From contig CAVSHT010000004.1 in the NCBI GenBank assembly GCA_963727895.1, positions 96,001-160,000 of the forward strand: a stretch of DNA of 64,000 nucleotides. The letters run 5' to 3'. The DNA comes from an uncultured Methanosarcinaceae archaeon. GTDB lineage: Archaea; Halobacteriota; Methanosarcinia; Methanosarcinales; Methanosarcinaceae. Shown here one piece after another: positions 35,643 through 46,429 of this stretch. The notes beneath the pieces were generated by a model. It worked only from the letters and a program-made list of their open reading frames with translations, did no database searches and was not told the origin of the DNA. Position numbers and translations under genes: made by a program. Every line of letters begins with the position of its first letter. Positions within the stretch are counted from its first letter, which is position 1.

Positions 35643-36364
35643 TTTAACTCCTCAGATTCAATTTTCATTCGTTTTTCTATTTTTTCGATCTCACCATCTC
35701 TAATGTACACAACTCTTGTAGCGTATTTTACGAGATCAAGATCATGAGTTACAATAATAACCGTCTTTCCTTCCCTTTCATGCAAATCGTTTAAAAAATC
35801 CAAAATATAGTTTCCAGTCTTCGTGTCAAGGTTTCCTGTAGGTTCATCTGCCAGAATAATAGGTGGATTCACAGCAAGAGAACGAGCTATTGCAACTCTC
35901 TGTCTCTGTCCCCCTGAGAGTTGAGACGGAAAGTTCCCTTTTTTTTCTGAGAGCCCAATAATATCAAGTAGATATGAGGCTTTTTTTTGGGCTTTATGTG
36001 AATTTTCTTCCTGAAATTCCAGAGGTAACAACACATTTTCTTCTGTATTCAGCGTGGGAATAAGATTAAAGCTCTGGAAAATAAATCCTATCATCTGCCC
36101 TCTGATCTTAGCAAGCTCAGACTCATTAAGTTCTGAAATGTCCTTTGAATTCAGATAAACAATACCTCTAGAGGGCAAATCCAGGCAGCCCAACAGATTC
36201 ATAAGCGTGCTTTTTCCGCTTCCGCTTGGTCCGAGAACAACAAGAAATTCCCCTTCATAAATATCAAGGTTTATTCCTTTAAGGGCTGCAAACTCAACCT
36301 CGCCCATCTGGTAAATTTTCCAGACATTGATCAGTTTGATAAGAGGCTCTTCTATGCTTCTCAT
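35639..36364 (-). CDS. ABC transporter ATP-binding protein (LolD/MacB type)
   Basis: Walker A/B and signature motifs. Confidence 0.95.
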   Translation of the reverse strand: MRSIEEPLIKLINVWKIYQMGEVEFAALKGINLDIYEGEFLVVLGPSGSGKSTLMNLLGCLDLPSRGIVYLNSKDISELNESELAKIRGQMIGFIFQSFNLIPTLNTEENVLLPLEFQEENSHKAQKKASYLLDIIGLSEKKGNFPSQLSGGQRQRVAIARSLAVNPPIILADEPTGNLDTKTGNYILDFLNDLHEREGKTVIIVTHDLDLVKYATRVVYIRDGEIEKIEKRMKIESEELK

Positions 36365-36379
36365 AAAGTTCCCTTCACC

Positions 36380-36399
36380 ATTGTTGACTAATCAACAAT
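36380..36399. promoter_or_regulatory. Palindromic operator ATTGTTGA-N4-TCAACAAT in the divergent ABC/MarR promoter
   Basis: Perfect 8-bp arms. Confidence 0.6.
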
Positions 36400-36490
36400 T
36401 TTGATATGATCCATTTAGTATTAATAGTATACCATTCAACTAATTTTTTAAAAGGACTTGAATTACGCTGAATTGCCATGAGTGAAAATA

Positions 36491-36946
36491 ATGAATGAAG
36501 AAGAAACGCCTATCCAATGGATTGAAGATATTGACAAAGTTGTTGCACTTATCTCATTTACATATCGCTCTGTCCAGAAGCATTTTGCGAATGAACTGGC
36601 TTCATACAATATAGGATGGGGCCATTTCTCTATCTTAATGTCGTTATATCGTCAGGAAGGTCGGAGCCAGGACAGCCTTGCACAATCGAGAGGATTTGAT
36701 AAAACGATGATTGCAAAATCGATACTGAAAATGGAAAAAGAAGGCATTGTCTACCGTATAACAGACCCGGAAGACAAAAGAATCAAAAGGCTCTACCTGA
36801 CTGAAAAAGGTAAAAAAATGAAGCCTGAAATGCGAAAAATAGGCTCCGAGCTGAACTCACTTCTGCTCAAGGATTTTGAATCAGATGAACTACAATCTGT
36901 TATTGAGATAATTCGAAAGATTGCTTTGAATGCAGCTAATCTCTAA
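36491..36946 (+). CDS. MarR-family regulator
   Basis: wHTH with DPEDKRIKRLYLTEKG. Confidence 0.9.
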   Translation: MNEEETPIQWIEDIDKVVALISFTYRSVQKHFANELASYNIGWGHFSILMSLYRQEGRSQDSLAQSRGFDKTMIAKSILKMEKEGIVYRITDPEDKRIKRLYLTEKGKKMKPEMRKIGSELNSLLLKDFESDELQSVIEIIRKIALNAANL

Positions 36947-37151
36947 ACAAGAACGCATTCACATTTATAAATGAGGATTGGGTTATGTAGAAACTTTCTT
37001 CCTATCCGTCTTATGCAGTTGATGTTCAAAAGATCTGTTTCAATCCTAATGAGTAAGTCCTAAAAGAATCAAACACCTTAAGTCAAGAGACTTTTTAGAT
37101 AATTCCCAAAATTTGATTTTTTATTTTGACAAAAAAATTCAGGGATCAAAT

Positions 37152-37943
37152 ATGCAAAACATACTTTCAGTCCAATCCCTTATAAAAAAATTTGATGATT
37201 TTACAGCCGTAAAAAACATTAGTTTTAATGTAGAAACAGGTTCAATCTTCGCTTTTTTAGGTCCAAATGGGGCAGGGAAATCCACAACAATCAAAATGCT
37301 CACAACTGTCCTGAAACCAACATCTGGAGACATAATTATCAATGGTTTCAATGTTCTTACAGAAAAGGATAAGGCACGTGCATCTTTTGGGATAGTCTTT
37401 CAGGATCCTAGTCTTGATGATGAGTTGACAGCTTACGAGAATATCGTCTATCATGCAGTTGTCTACAAAGTACCTAAAAAAGAAAGAGAAGACAGAATTC
37501 AGAAAGCTCTGGAAATTGTCGGGCTCTGGGACAGGCGTGAAGATTATGTTAAGAATTTTTCAGGCGGCGTGAAACGCAGGCTTGAGATTGCGCGTGCGCT
37601 TGTCCACTATCCGAAGATTCTTTTCCTTGATGAACCTACAGTAGGCCTTGATCCTCAGACTCGGAATTCTATATGGGACCATATAAAAAAGCTGAACGAA
37701 GAAAGAAATATGACAATTTTTCTGACAACACATTACATGGAAGAAGCTGAAGCAATTGCGGACCAGATAGCCGTTATTGATCACGGAAAAATTATAAAAT
37801 TGGGAACAGTTGAAGAGATTAAGAGCCAGACAAAAACCGAATCCTTAGAAGAAGCTTTTCTCAAACTAACAGGCAAAAACATTCGTGATGATAATGGGAC
37901 AAGTAAACAAATAATGATGCGAGGTATGGGGAGGATTAAATAA
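37152..37943 (+). CDS. ABC-2 (DrrA-type) ATP-binding protein
   Basis: GPNGAGKST, FSGG..RRLEIAR, LDEPTVGLDPQ. Confidence 0.95.
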   Translation: MQNILSVQSLIKKFDDFTAVKNISFNVETGSIFAFLGPNGAGKSTTIKMLTTVLKPTSGDIIINGFNVLTEKDKARASFGIVFQDPSLDDELTAYENIVYHAVVYKVPKKEREDRIQKALEIVGLWDRREDYVKNFSGGVKRRLEIARALVHYPKILFLDEPTVGLDPQTRNSIWDHIKKLNEERNMTIFLTTHYMEEAEAIADQIAVIDHGKIIKLGTVEEIKSQTKTESLEEAFLKLTGKNIRDDNGTSKQIMMRGMGRIK

Positions 37944-38695
37944 TGATCGAGGTTATCTACGCTCTCTCTCTGAGGCAGCTCAAACATTATTGGCGTTCCA
38001 AGGCCAGACTTATAGGTACTCTAGGGCAACCAATGCTTTTTTTGATCGCTTTTGGATTTGGCTTCGGTCCTATGTATTCTCAGGTCAGTGGAGGAGCAAA
38101 TTACATTGATTTTCTTGCCCCAGGAATTGTCACAATGGGAATTCTATTTACAGCTGTCTTTTCTGGTCTGGAGGTAATATGGGACAGGCAATTCGGTTTT
38201 CTCAAGGAAACTCTGGTAGCTCCTATTTCAAGAACAGAGATCATGATTGGAAAAACGTTTGGAGGTGCAACTATAGCTATAATTCAGGGTTTGATTGTAC
38301 TTAGCCTAACGTATATTCTTGGATTCAGAATTTCCAGTATAAGTAGCCTTGTTATTGGGTTAATTTTTATGTTTTTGATAGCCATTTTCTTTACAGGAAT
38401 TGGTCTCACTATGGCTTCACAAATGAAAGATATGCAAGGGTTTCAGATGATATTGAACTTTCTAATTATGCCTACATTTTTCCTTTCAGGAGCTTTATTT
38501 CCTCTAAAAAACTTGCCTCCTGCAATTTATTTTATAAGCAGGATCGATCCGCTTACTTATGGGGTTGATGGTCTGAGAGGAGCAATCGCGGGTATAAGCA
38601 CTTTCAGTATCTCCAGCGATTTGGTGGTAATGGGCTCATTGTCAATTATCATCTGTTTGATAGGAACAATGTTTTTTTCAAAAATGGAGGCATAA
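37943..38695 (+). CDS. ABC-2 (DrrB-type) permease
   Basis: WDRQFGFLKE.LVAP, FLSGALFP, PLTYGVD. Confidence 0.95.
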   Translation: MIEVIYALSLRQLKHYWRSKARLIGTLGQPMLFLIAFGFGFGPMYSQVSGGANYIDFLAPGIVTMGILFTAVFSGLEVIWDRQFGFLKETLVAPISRTEIMIGKTFGGATIAIIQGLIVLSLTYILGFRISSISSLVIGLIFMFLIAIFFTGIGLTMASQMKDMQGFQMILNFLIMPTFFLSGALFPLKNLPPAIYFISRIDPLTYGVDGLRGAIAGISTFSISSDLVVMGSLSIIICLIGTMFFSKMEA

Positions 38696-38751
38696 GCCTC
38701 TAAGCATTACTTTCTTTTCATTACTTTAACATATTAAAGAAGGCGAACTAA

Positions 38752-39567
38752 ATGAGTGAAATTGACTGGGATACTCCAAAAAGTGATACAAATTATGATC
38801 AGAATTGTGATCATCAGTTTCAGAAAGGTCAAACACTGATAGAAATGATGAAAATAAAGAGCGGAGATTCTGTACTTGATATGGGCTGCGGGACAGGATG
38901 GCAGGCTTTAAATGTCTCGGGAGTTCTCGGGCCAGCTGGCAAGCTTACGTGTATTGATCCTTCCTCATATCGTATAGAACTTGCACGGAAAAAGTTTGGC
39001 GTTGATTCTCTCAATAATGTCCGTTTTCTTGTGGGGCAGACTGAAAATCTTAGTAAAGTACCTGACAACTCAATCAACCATGTCTATTTCTGTTCTTCAT
39101 TTCACTGGATTGCTGACAAGAGAACCGCTCTCAGTGAAACATATAGAGTGCTTCAATCAGGGGGCAGTGTAGGAATGACAACGCTTGATAGAGACAGCCC
39201 TGATATGATGAGAACGCTTGTAGATCCTATTTTAGCAAAATATAACATTACAAGGAAATATAAATTACACAGGGAAATAAGCAGAGTAAATGCACAGGAG
39301 CTCCATAAACTTCTGTCGGAAGCCGGTTTTACCTTTATTTCAATTGAACCAAGGACGATTTCAAGGAATTATCGTTCACCTGAAGAATTTTTGAAACACC
39401 TGGAAGAAAGGGATAGTATGAGGAGTTTGTTGAAAGATATCCCAGAAAAAATTAAGGAAAAGATCAAACAGGAGATTTACGAAGAACTCACTAAGATCCA
39501 AAAACCGGTCTTTGCTGAGTTTGGTATTGTTACATTGTTCGCAATTGCAAAAAAACTAAATGAGTAA
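38752..39567 (+). CDS. Class I SAM-dependent methyltransferase
   Basis: VLDMGCGTG, FHWI. Confidence 0.9.
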   Translation: MSEIDWDTPKSDTNYDQNCDHQFQKGQTLIEMMKIKSGDSVLDMGCGTGWQALNVSGVLGPAGKLTCIDPSSYRIELARKKFGVDSLNNVRFLVGQTENLSKVPDNSINHVYFCSSFHWIADKRTALSETYRVLQSGGSVGMTTLDRDSPDMMRTLVDPILAKYNITRKYKLHREISRVNAQELHKLLSEAGFTFISIEPRTISRNYRSPEEFLKHLEERDSMRSLLKDIPEKIKEKIKQEIYEELTKIQKPVFAEFGIVTLFAIAKKLNE

Positions 39568-39857
39568 TGTTAATGAAAAATAGGTGATTCATCTTTAATC
39601 AGTTAATGTTCATGTCCACAGACCTCCTGCAGTAACACTCAATGAAACTCCTGAGGAATTCCATATTTCCATTGGACTTCGATAGTTAAATGATGAATGC
39701 TCACGTAAATTGTATCTATTTTTCGCAATCACAAGAAAGTTCTGAAAATCATTAAAAGTTGCATCATTTAGCCTCTTGACTATAGATGTTGATTTGTGTT
39801 TACAAATATGTCCGAAGATTTAAATCAAATTTACTGCAAGAGGTCTGTGGACATGAC

Positions 39858-40034
39858 CCCTAGCAGATGACCAAAACTAGACTTTCAGGTTTCTCCACAT
39901 TGTCTTATGAGCTTAGCACAACTGCATTACTGCTGATGTACCTCATAATAGGATTACTCTAAATGGAAAGAGTAGCACAAGGCAATTTATGACATAACTT
40001 CTTGTCGCACTTACAGAACTTTTGGTACATTATC
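39858..40034 (-). mobile_element. IS256-like terminal repeat followed by the 5' ~150 nt of a group II intron (relic)
   Basis: Minus strand GATAATGTACCAAAAGTTCTGTAA|GTGCGACAAG...; matches ~58315-58491. Confidence 0.85.
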
Positions 40035-40068
40035 ACAAAATTCTAGATTTTTGGAACTGAGCCTTAAA

Positions 40069-40701
40069 TCAGTGCCGTTCAGACAATGAGTAAATTACAT
40101 AATGAGATGCAAATTTAGTGTTAATTTCTATCGTTTTTAGTTCTTTTATGACAAAATAAGGTGAAAAGAGGTCCTTTATTTCGGACTCCGAAGAGAAATA
40201 CAATGTTGTTCCCAGCTGAGTTTTCCGGAATTTACCCTTGCCGCCGAACTGTGGATCTTTCTTAGAAAAACAGACCGAAAGGTACTGTGCTCTTGGTTTC
40301 AGGAGATTATATACATTTTTTACGTATTTTTTTCGGTCTTCCGGAAAGATATGGTGTAAAAATTCCCAGTCATAGCCAAAGTCAAAAGTCTCTTTTATTT
40401 CATGCAAATCACCGAGGAGATCAGCGACAACAAACCTGCACCTGACTCCCCGTCTTTGTGCGTTTTCAGTAGCGATCTTTATTATGGTAGGGGAATTATC
40501 GATACCGGTTACCTCAAATCCCTGACCTGCAAGGTATATCGCATAGTTGCCTGCACCACAACCAAGATCAATAGTCTTGCAGGGCAGGATTTTTCCACTC
40601 TGTACCAATTCAACAAGTGCATCTGGAGGTGTCTCACTATTCCAGGGGATTTTATCAAGCGGTACCTTCTGGTAGATTTTGTCGACGTCGACATATTTCA
40701 T
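40069..40701 (-). CDS. Class I SAM-dependent methyltransferase (TPMT/TehB-like)
   Basis: IPWN...P..L, IDLGCGAG, DWEFLHHI. Confidence 0.85.
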   Translation of the reverse strand: MKYVDVDKIYQKVPLDKIPWNSETPPDALVELVQSGKILPCKTIDLGCGAGNYAIYLAGQGFEVTGIDNSPTIIKIATENAQRRGVRCRFVVADLLGDLHEIKETFDFGYDWEFLHHIFPEDRKKYVKNVYNLLKPRAQYLSVCFSKKDPQFGGKGKFRKTQLGTTLYFSSESEIKDLFSPYFVIKELKTIEINTKFASHYVIYSLSERH

Positions 40702-40730
40702 ACATGCTACTTCCGGAAATGATTGAGTTC

Positions 40731-41579
40731 TTATTTTTTTACCAGAGATTGCCGGTACATTGTCTCAAGCTCGGCAAGGTCATTTATCGGTGTAGGGATT
40801 ACCCGTGAATCATTCTCCATAATCGCTTTTGCAAGGTTTCGGAAGATTTCTGCTTCCCGTGAATCTGGAGCATATTCCACAAGCTGTTCTCCCTTCTAGC
40901 TCACAAGCCTGAATCAAAGGACTCCTGGGGACAAATTGGACAAATGAGGTTCCCAGCTTTTTTGCAAATGCAGGAATAAATGCATGCTCGAAAGCCTCAT
41001 CACCGTTGCTGTTGCAAATTATCCCGGCAAGACCTGCATCTCCTCGCTTTGCAAGACGCTGCACGGCCCGCGCAATATTATTTGCAGCGTATATACTCAT
41101 GAACCCTCCAGAACAAAATAAGGTAGATCTCTTCTGCAAAACCTTCACGAATCGGCATCGAGAATCCACCGCATACTACATCGCCAAGCACATCGTAGAT
41201 TGCCACATCAATGTTGTAGATCGAAAAAGCCCTGAGGTCTTTCAGGATCTGCAGTGCGGTCAGCACGCCTCGACCGGCACATCCTATACCTGGTTCTGGT
41301 CCCCCAGCTTCGACAAGGTAGACCCCACCGGGTGATCTGAATACGATATTATCCAGATTGATTGCATACTCGTCTTTTCCTACCCTCAACTGTTCACGGT
41401 GTTCTTCCAGCACTGCGAAAATAAACTTCCCCTCTGCAAGGATCCTTGTCGAATCCCTCTTGGGATCACAACCAACTTGCATGACAGTGTGCTCCACCTC
41501 ATTTAATGCGGCGGACAGGTTCGAGGAGATAGTGGCTCTTCCCAATTCCACCTTTGCCATAGATCGCGATCTGTCTCAT
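40731..41579 (-). pseudogene. Nitrogenase Fe-protein (NifH)-like reductase with three frameshifts
   Basis: MRQIAIYGKGGIGKS, GCDPKRDST, EAGGPEPGIGCAGRG, DVLGDVVCGGF; shifts near 41534, 41110 and 40885. Confidence 0.9.
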
Positions 41580-41586
41580 AGTTCCT

Positions 41587-42945
41587 TCACCATTTTGCCT
41601 CATATCTCTTTTCCTTCGAACGCCACCCCATTGTCCATTCGTTCTGGACGCACTCAAACAGATTAAGAATACCGTTATACCCGAAGTATTCTCGGTTGAT
41701 CATCCTGAACTGGCGTATCATCCTGACCACCTCAATGACATAGGCAACGGGAAGTCCCTCGATGGCATGCCTTTCGATTGTACTGCCAAACACGACCTGA
41801 GGCCTGACCTCCTGGAGACCCTTTCGTGTTTTATATACATCTGTTCCGTAAACGATCTTAGGATTAAGCCCGAGATTCTTGAGTTCCAGCTCCAGCAATT
41901 CTCTCACTGACCGTTGTGAAGTGTACAGAGCAATGAGTTCTGGAGTCATCTCCATCTCCTCTGTGACAAAACGAACCAGCGGTATTCCTATTGTAGCATC
42001 GGCAACAATTGCTGCCGGGGTTCGGTATAGGAATCTTGCCATCGGCCATTCGCGCCGGCACGTTGCCATCACCATACGTTCGCCTTCGACAATCATCTCT
42101 TCCGCCATTTTCAGTGAATCGAACCTCTCTCCCAAAGCGATAAGCCAACGTTTTGTGTTTGTCATTCCTATAGGCAGTGGTATTCCTTTGCAGACCTGCT
42201 CGATGCCATATACTGCAGAAAGATAATCCGCTGCTTTTTGTCCAGCATCATGACTCAACAGGAGGGATGTCTCGGCAGATGCAATATTCTCGATTTCAGC
42301 AATAGGAGTTCGGTGTGTCAGCGTGGCTACAACCTTAACGCCCATCCGGGAGAGAACCTGCTTCACCCACGCAAGGTCTGCTGGCCATGTGGGGTTGGCG
42401 TTTGCATGGGGAGCAACAAGGCAAACTGAATTAGGAACTTTTTCAACGTCACTTTTCACCAACTTTTTCAGGATCGTATCCAGCGCGATGTCGATGCCGT
42501 CATACTGTAACCCTCTGAATCCGGCGCATTCAATAGGAATGAGTCGGAACTTTACTTCAGGCTGCAATGCCTCGCATACTCCCACAATGTCGTCTCCCAC
42601 TATCTCGGGCCCACACGCGCTGAGCACGAACAGGGCAGAGATCGGCAGATCTTTTACCTCCCTGATCGTGCGGGCAAGTATGTCCTCTCCACCATGCACG
42701 ATCTCATCTACACAGAGCTTCGTACACAGAGTCATAGTTTCCATGTAGTCGCACTCCTGTGAGGCGAAGGCATTGTTGACAAGGTACTCGCATCCTTGAG
42801 GAGAATGGGCAAGCAAGGAAGAATTGGATATCCCTAATGCTGTGAGAGCAGCGCCGTTGAAAGCACAACGGAGATAAGGATCTGTACAGGCCTCCGAAGA
42901 TAAAATTAAAGGCGCAGCTGTTCCCTCAATTGATTCTTGTTCCAT
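41587..42945 (-). CDS. Nitrogenase component-1-like subunit (K/beta-like); probable start MEQES at 42945
   Basis: RCAFNGA, HSPQGC, GGEDIL, SACGPEIVGDD, PLPIG, YFGYNG. Confidence 0.85.
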   Translation of the reverse strand: MEQESIEGTAAPLILSSEACTDPYLRCAFNGAALTALGISNSSLLAHSPQGCEYLVNNAFASQECDYMETMTLCTKLCVDEIVHGGEDILARTIREVKDLPISALFVLSACGPEIVGDDIVGVCEALQPEVKFRLIPIECAGFRGLQYDGIDIALDTILKKLVKSDVEKVPNSVCLVAPHANANPTWPADLAWVKQVLSRMGVKVVATLTHRTPIAEIENIASAETSLLLSHDAGQKAADYLSAVYGIEQVCKGIPLPIGMTNTKRWLIALGERFDSLKMAEEMIVEGERMVMATCRREWPMARFLYRTPAAIVADATIGIPLVRFVTEEMEMTPELIALYTSQRSVRELLELELKNLGLNPKIVYGTDVYKTRKGLQEVRPQVVFGSTIERHAIEGLPVAYVIEVVRMIRQFRMINREYFGYNGILNLFECVQNEWTMGWRSKEKRYEAKW

Positions 42946-44429
42946 AGAGCATCCCTTTAAATAAGCGCGAACGTGGGAGGTCTTTGTTCTCAAGGGCCTG
43001 TCTGACGAGAGCTGCAATGTTCTTTATCCCTCTGAAACCATACTGAGGCTGAAACACCGGATTCATGAGTGTTAAGTTTACTACCGGACATGGAGGAAAA
43101 CGACCAGAATTCCCGAAGAATATGGGGTTGTCATATCCCTTCACGATCTCCTCAAGTTCGTCCTCAGTCTCTTTTGACGACCGAAAACTCCCCAGACGGA
43201 AGAGCCCTTTTGTCAGAATAATCTCCGGATTAACCCCGGCTTCCAGGAGAAACTTTATACTGGGCATACGTTCTTTGATAGTATATGGGTGGACGTTAAT
43301 TACAATAGGATGGGCGCCAAACTCTGCTGCCATCCGTGCAAGGGAAAGCGCCCTTATTGGCCCTGGAAACTCCGAGATTTCTATGATAGCTGTTTTCCCG
43401 GAAAGAGTCTTTCTTAGGTATTCAATTTCCGGTTCCACTTCCTGTAACTCTCGTTCAATTACCTTAATGGCTTCAGCTTCCATTCCAAGAGGTGTTGCAA
43501 CTCCAAGCAACCATTCCTTTGTAGCTTCAGGCCCATAGGGTTGCCCAGTTTTGCTGTAGGGGATACCGAACCGCTCCTGCATCAGGTCACCCAATTTCTG
43601 TCCCCAATCAAAACACCATGAGGCATTCAGCTCAACCTCTCTGGCATGCCTGATTTGATCAACTGTGCACCCTCCAGCAATGATAGCGTTAATCTTTATT
43701 CCTACTTCACTAAGGAGCCGCTCTATTTCATCCATGTCCCAGTTGAACTCTGTGGGGGTAGGGCCCAGCGGGCTCCAAGAATGTTAATTGTCCTTTTCAT
43801 TTTCGTTTTAGGAGGATCCATCAAATCCATGATAAGCTTAAAAGCGTCCTCATAACCGCTTCGGAAATCCCCGCCAAATCCTTCACTGCGGAGTGCCAGC
43901 ACCCGGCAACCAACCAGCTTCTCTACCTCATGGGCAATACTTTCAACGTCATCACCGATAATTCCGGAGCAGTAGCAAGAGAGGATGACAATGAGGTCTG
44001 AGTGGTACTTAGCGTATGCTTCCTTTACTGCTTCCAGGAGTTTTCCCTCTCCACCATAAATGATGTTGCTCTCATTAAGGGTGGTACAAGCTGTGGGTTC
44101 GAGCGGGATTCCACGGATCTCACAGCACTCCCGGGTCCTGACAAAGTCCGACATGTAGAGTGGGCATCCGGTCGGACCGTGGACAAGAGGAACAACATGA
44201 CGAATCCCGCTGATGACGTAGTAAGAAGTAAAAAACTTGCACATAGGAGCATGCGAAGCCTGCAGTTTGGGAATCATCTCGCCCGTTTCTACTTTTTTCA
44301 GTAACTGCTGCAGGTCACCGTGAAAAACTATGGAATTATTTTCCGAATTCACACATTTTTCAATGTTGCATGGAGATAAATATTTTCCTAAATTTGGTTC
44401 AGTGTAGTTGCAGGGGATGTGATAAATTT
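42926..44429 (-). pseudogene. Nitrogenase component-1-like subunit (D/alpha-like); frameshift near 43765; 5' end abuts an IS6 end
   Basis: MCKF, HGPTGC, YGGEGKL, CSGIIGDD, NASWC, PQYGFRG. Confidence 0.85.
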
Positions 44430-44750
44430 GGTTTCGTTGCAAAATATCTCAGAATAAGCCTGTAAATCTATGGATAATGAACAAAAGTTAAAATATCCAA
44501 AGAAAAGGAGTATATGGTTCTTACACCTTTTTTGCGTTGAATATAAGGGTTATCGAAGAAAACTCTTATATTCTCATAGTCTTTGGAATTGATTTTAACT
44601 CAAACACATAGCAAGCTTTAACCGATATTGTTTTTATTTGTTGAGTAAACAAACTCAACGAATTCGCTAGATTTTATTTATAAATGATCTAAGATATTAG
44701 TGAAAAAAAGTGGGAACTGTAAGGAAGGATATTACTCTTTGCTTGTTAAT

Positions 44751-44873
44751 TTAAGAATTTCTTCTATTATCTGGTTTTTTATGCTGGTTGTTACTCTCTT
44801 TATTTTCTTCCTCTTCCATTTCTTTCCTGAATTCTATATAATCCCTCTCGACTTCTTCTATCTTGTTTTCCAT
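44751..44873 (-). CDS. Putative 40-aa charged microprotein
   Basis: GGAGGT RBS at 44879-44884 and upstream AATATATAAA; MENKIEEVERDYIEFRKEMEEEENKESNNQHKKPDNRRNS. Confidence 0.5.
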   Translation of the reverse strand: MENKIEEVERDYIEFRKEMEEEENKESNNQHKKPDNRRNS

Positions 44874-45138
44874 TTGTGACCTCCATCCAATATTAGCAAG
44901 TCACACTCTATTTATATATTTTGGAACAATTTAGTATTTTTTTGAGTCGTTTAAATTCTCCTTCTAATAATTCCCCATTCTATGAGCCTCTTTTCTATGT
45001 ATCTCATTTCATAATCTGTAAAAGAAAGGCTATGATAATGTCTAATAAAACATCAATATGACCAAAATGTTGACTAGACTTTGGGAGATCCCATAAACTC
45101 AATTACCGGAGCCAAAACGAATATGATTAAAAAAGGAC

Positions 45139-45879
45139 GGCTTTGATACTTAAACATAGTTATATACTATTAGAAAGTATATTTCTTCATTAACTGCCCC
45201 AGATGCAATAGTTCCAGTCACAAAAAGAATGGTATAGTTGGTGGTCGTCAACGCTACAAATGCCATGATTGTGGATATAACTATACAGTAGAGCTAAAAT
45301 CAACTGCTTTTTCCGCCTCTGTCAAAAAACAGGCTTTACAACTTTACCTTGAAGGATTGGGCTTTCGTTCAATAGGACGAGTTTTAGGGGTGAGTCATGT
45401 TTCTGTCCAAAAATGGATAAAGAAATTTGGTCAAGAGTTAGAGGCTCTAAAAAGCGAAAATGAGATATCTATTGTTGAACTGGATGAGATGCACACTTAC
45501 ATCGGTAACAAAAAAAAATATTGCTGGATCTGGATTGCTGTTGATAGAGTTGGGAAAAAGTTCATCAACTGCTCTTTTGGTAGCAGAGGAACGGAAACTG
45601 GAAAACTACTCTGGGAAAAATTGAAGAAAAAAGAGATTGGAGAAGTGATGACAGATCACTGGAGAGCATATGCAGAGTTTCTTCCAGAAAAGAATCATAC
45701 TCAATCAAAAGCAGAAACATTTACAGTTGAGGGATATAACAGCATATTGAGGCACTTTCTAGCAAGATTAAGAAGAAAGACAAAGTGTTATACGAAGAGT
45801 ATTGAAATGCTAAAGTACTCGGTTATTCCATTGATGAAATACAGAAATAAAGAGTTAACTATGTTTAGATAACAATATC
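45139..45879 (+). mobile_element. IS1-family element; InsA/InsB in one frame, start codon ATT
   Basis: CPRC...CHDC, DEMHTYIG, MTDHW, VEGYN; A9 run at 45510-45518; duplicated right end at ~45977-46025. Confidence 0.9.
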
Positions 45880-46429
45880 GAATATTTTAATAACCCCCTA
45901 TACATATTAAATTAATTTGAATATTTGATAAGTTGCCAAAAACGATGTGCTAAGACCCAACTGCGTAACTCCTATATTGATGAAATACAGAAATAAAGAG
46001 TTAACTATGTTTAGTTAACAATGCCCGAAAATTTTCTCCTCGCACTTTAAGGCTATAATTGACACCTTTATGTACTATTTTTCCAGGTGATGAGAATGAT
46101 TAACGTTCATGTCCAGAGACCTTCGGCAGTAAATTTGATTTAAATCTTTTGACACAGTCCAGTGAAAATATGGAATTCCTTGGGAGTTTAATTGAGTGTT
46201 ACTGCAGGAGGTCTGTGGACATGAACCTTAACCGATGACCAATGAATCCTTATTATGATTTTTTGCAACAGAACCGATTAAAGCGTTAAATTTGTTTGTT
46301 CTTTCTATTTTTCCTTTATTTTTTCCTGATACGACAATATTTCATTTAGTTATTGGCTTAAAAGGATAGTATATTCAATATTAGGAAAACGCTTATAACT
46401 CCTAAATCGTAACAATTGTGTACATGACA

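Noticed and set aside
40731..44429. Bona fide nitrogenase (nifHDK) or cfbCD
   Set aside because: Wrong gene order, no nifI/E/N/B, no evident His442-type ligand, and two distinct component-1 subunits.
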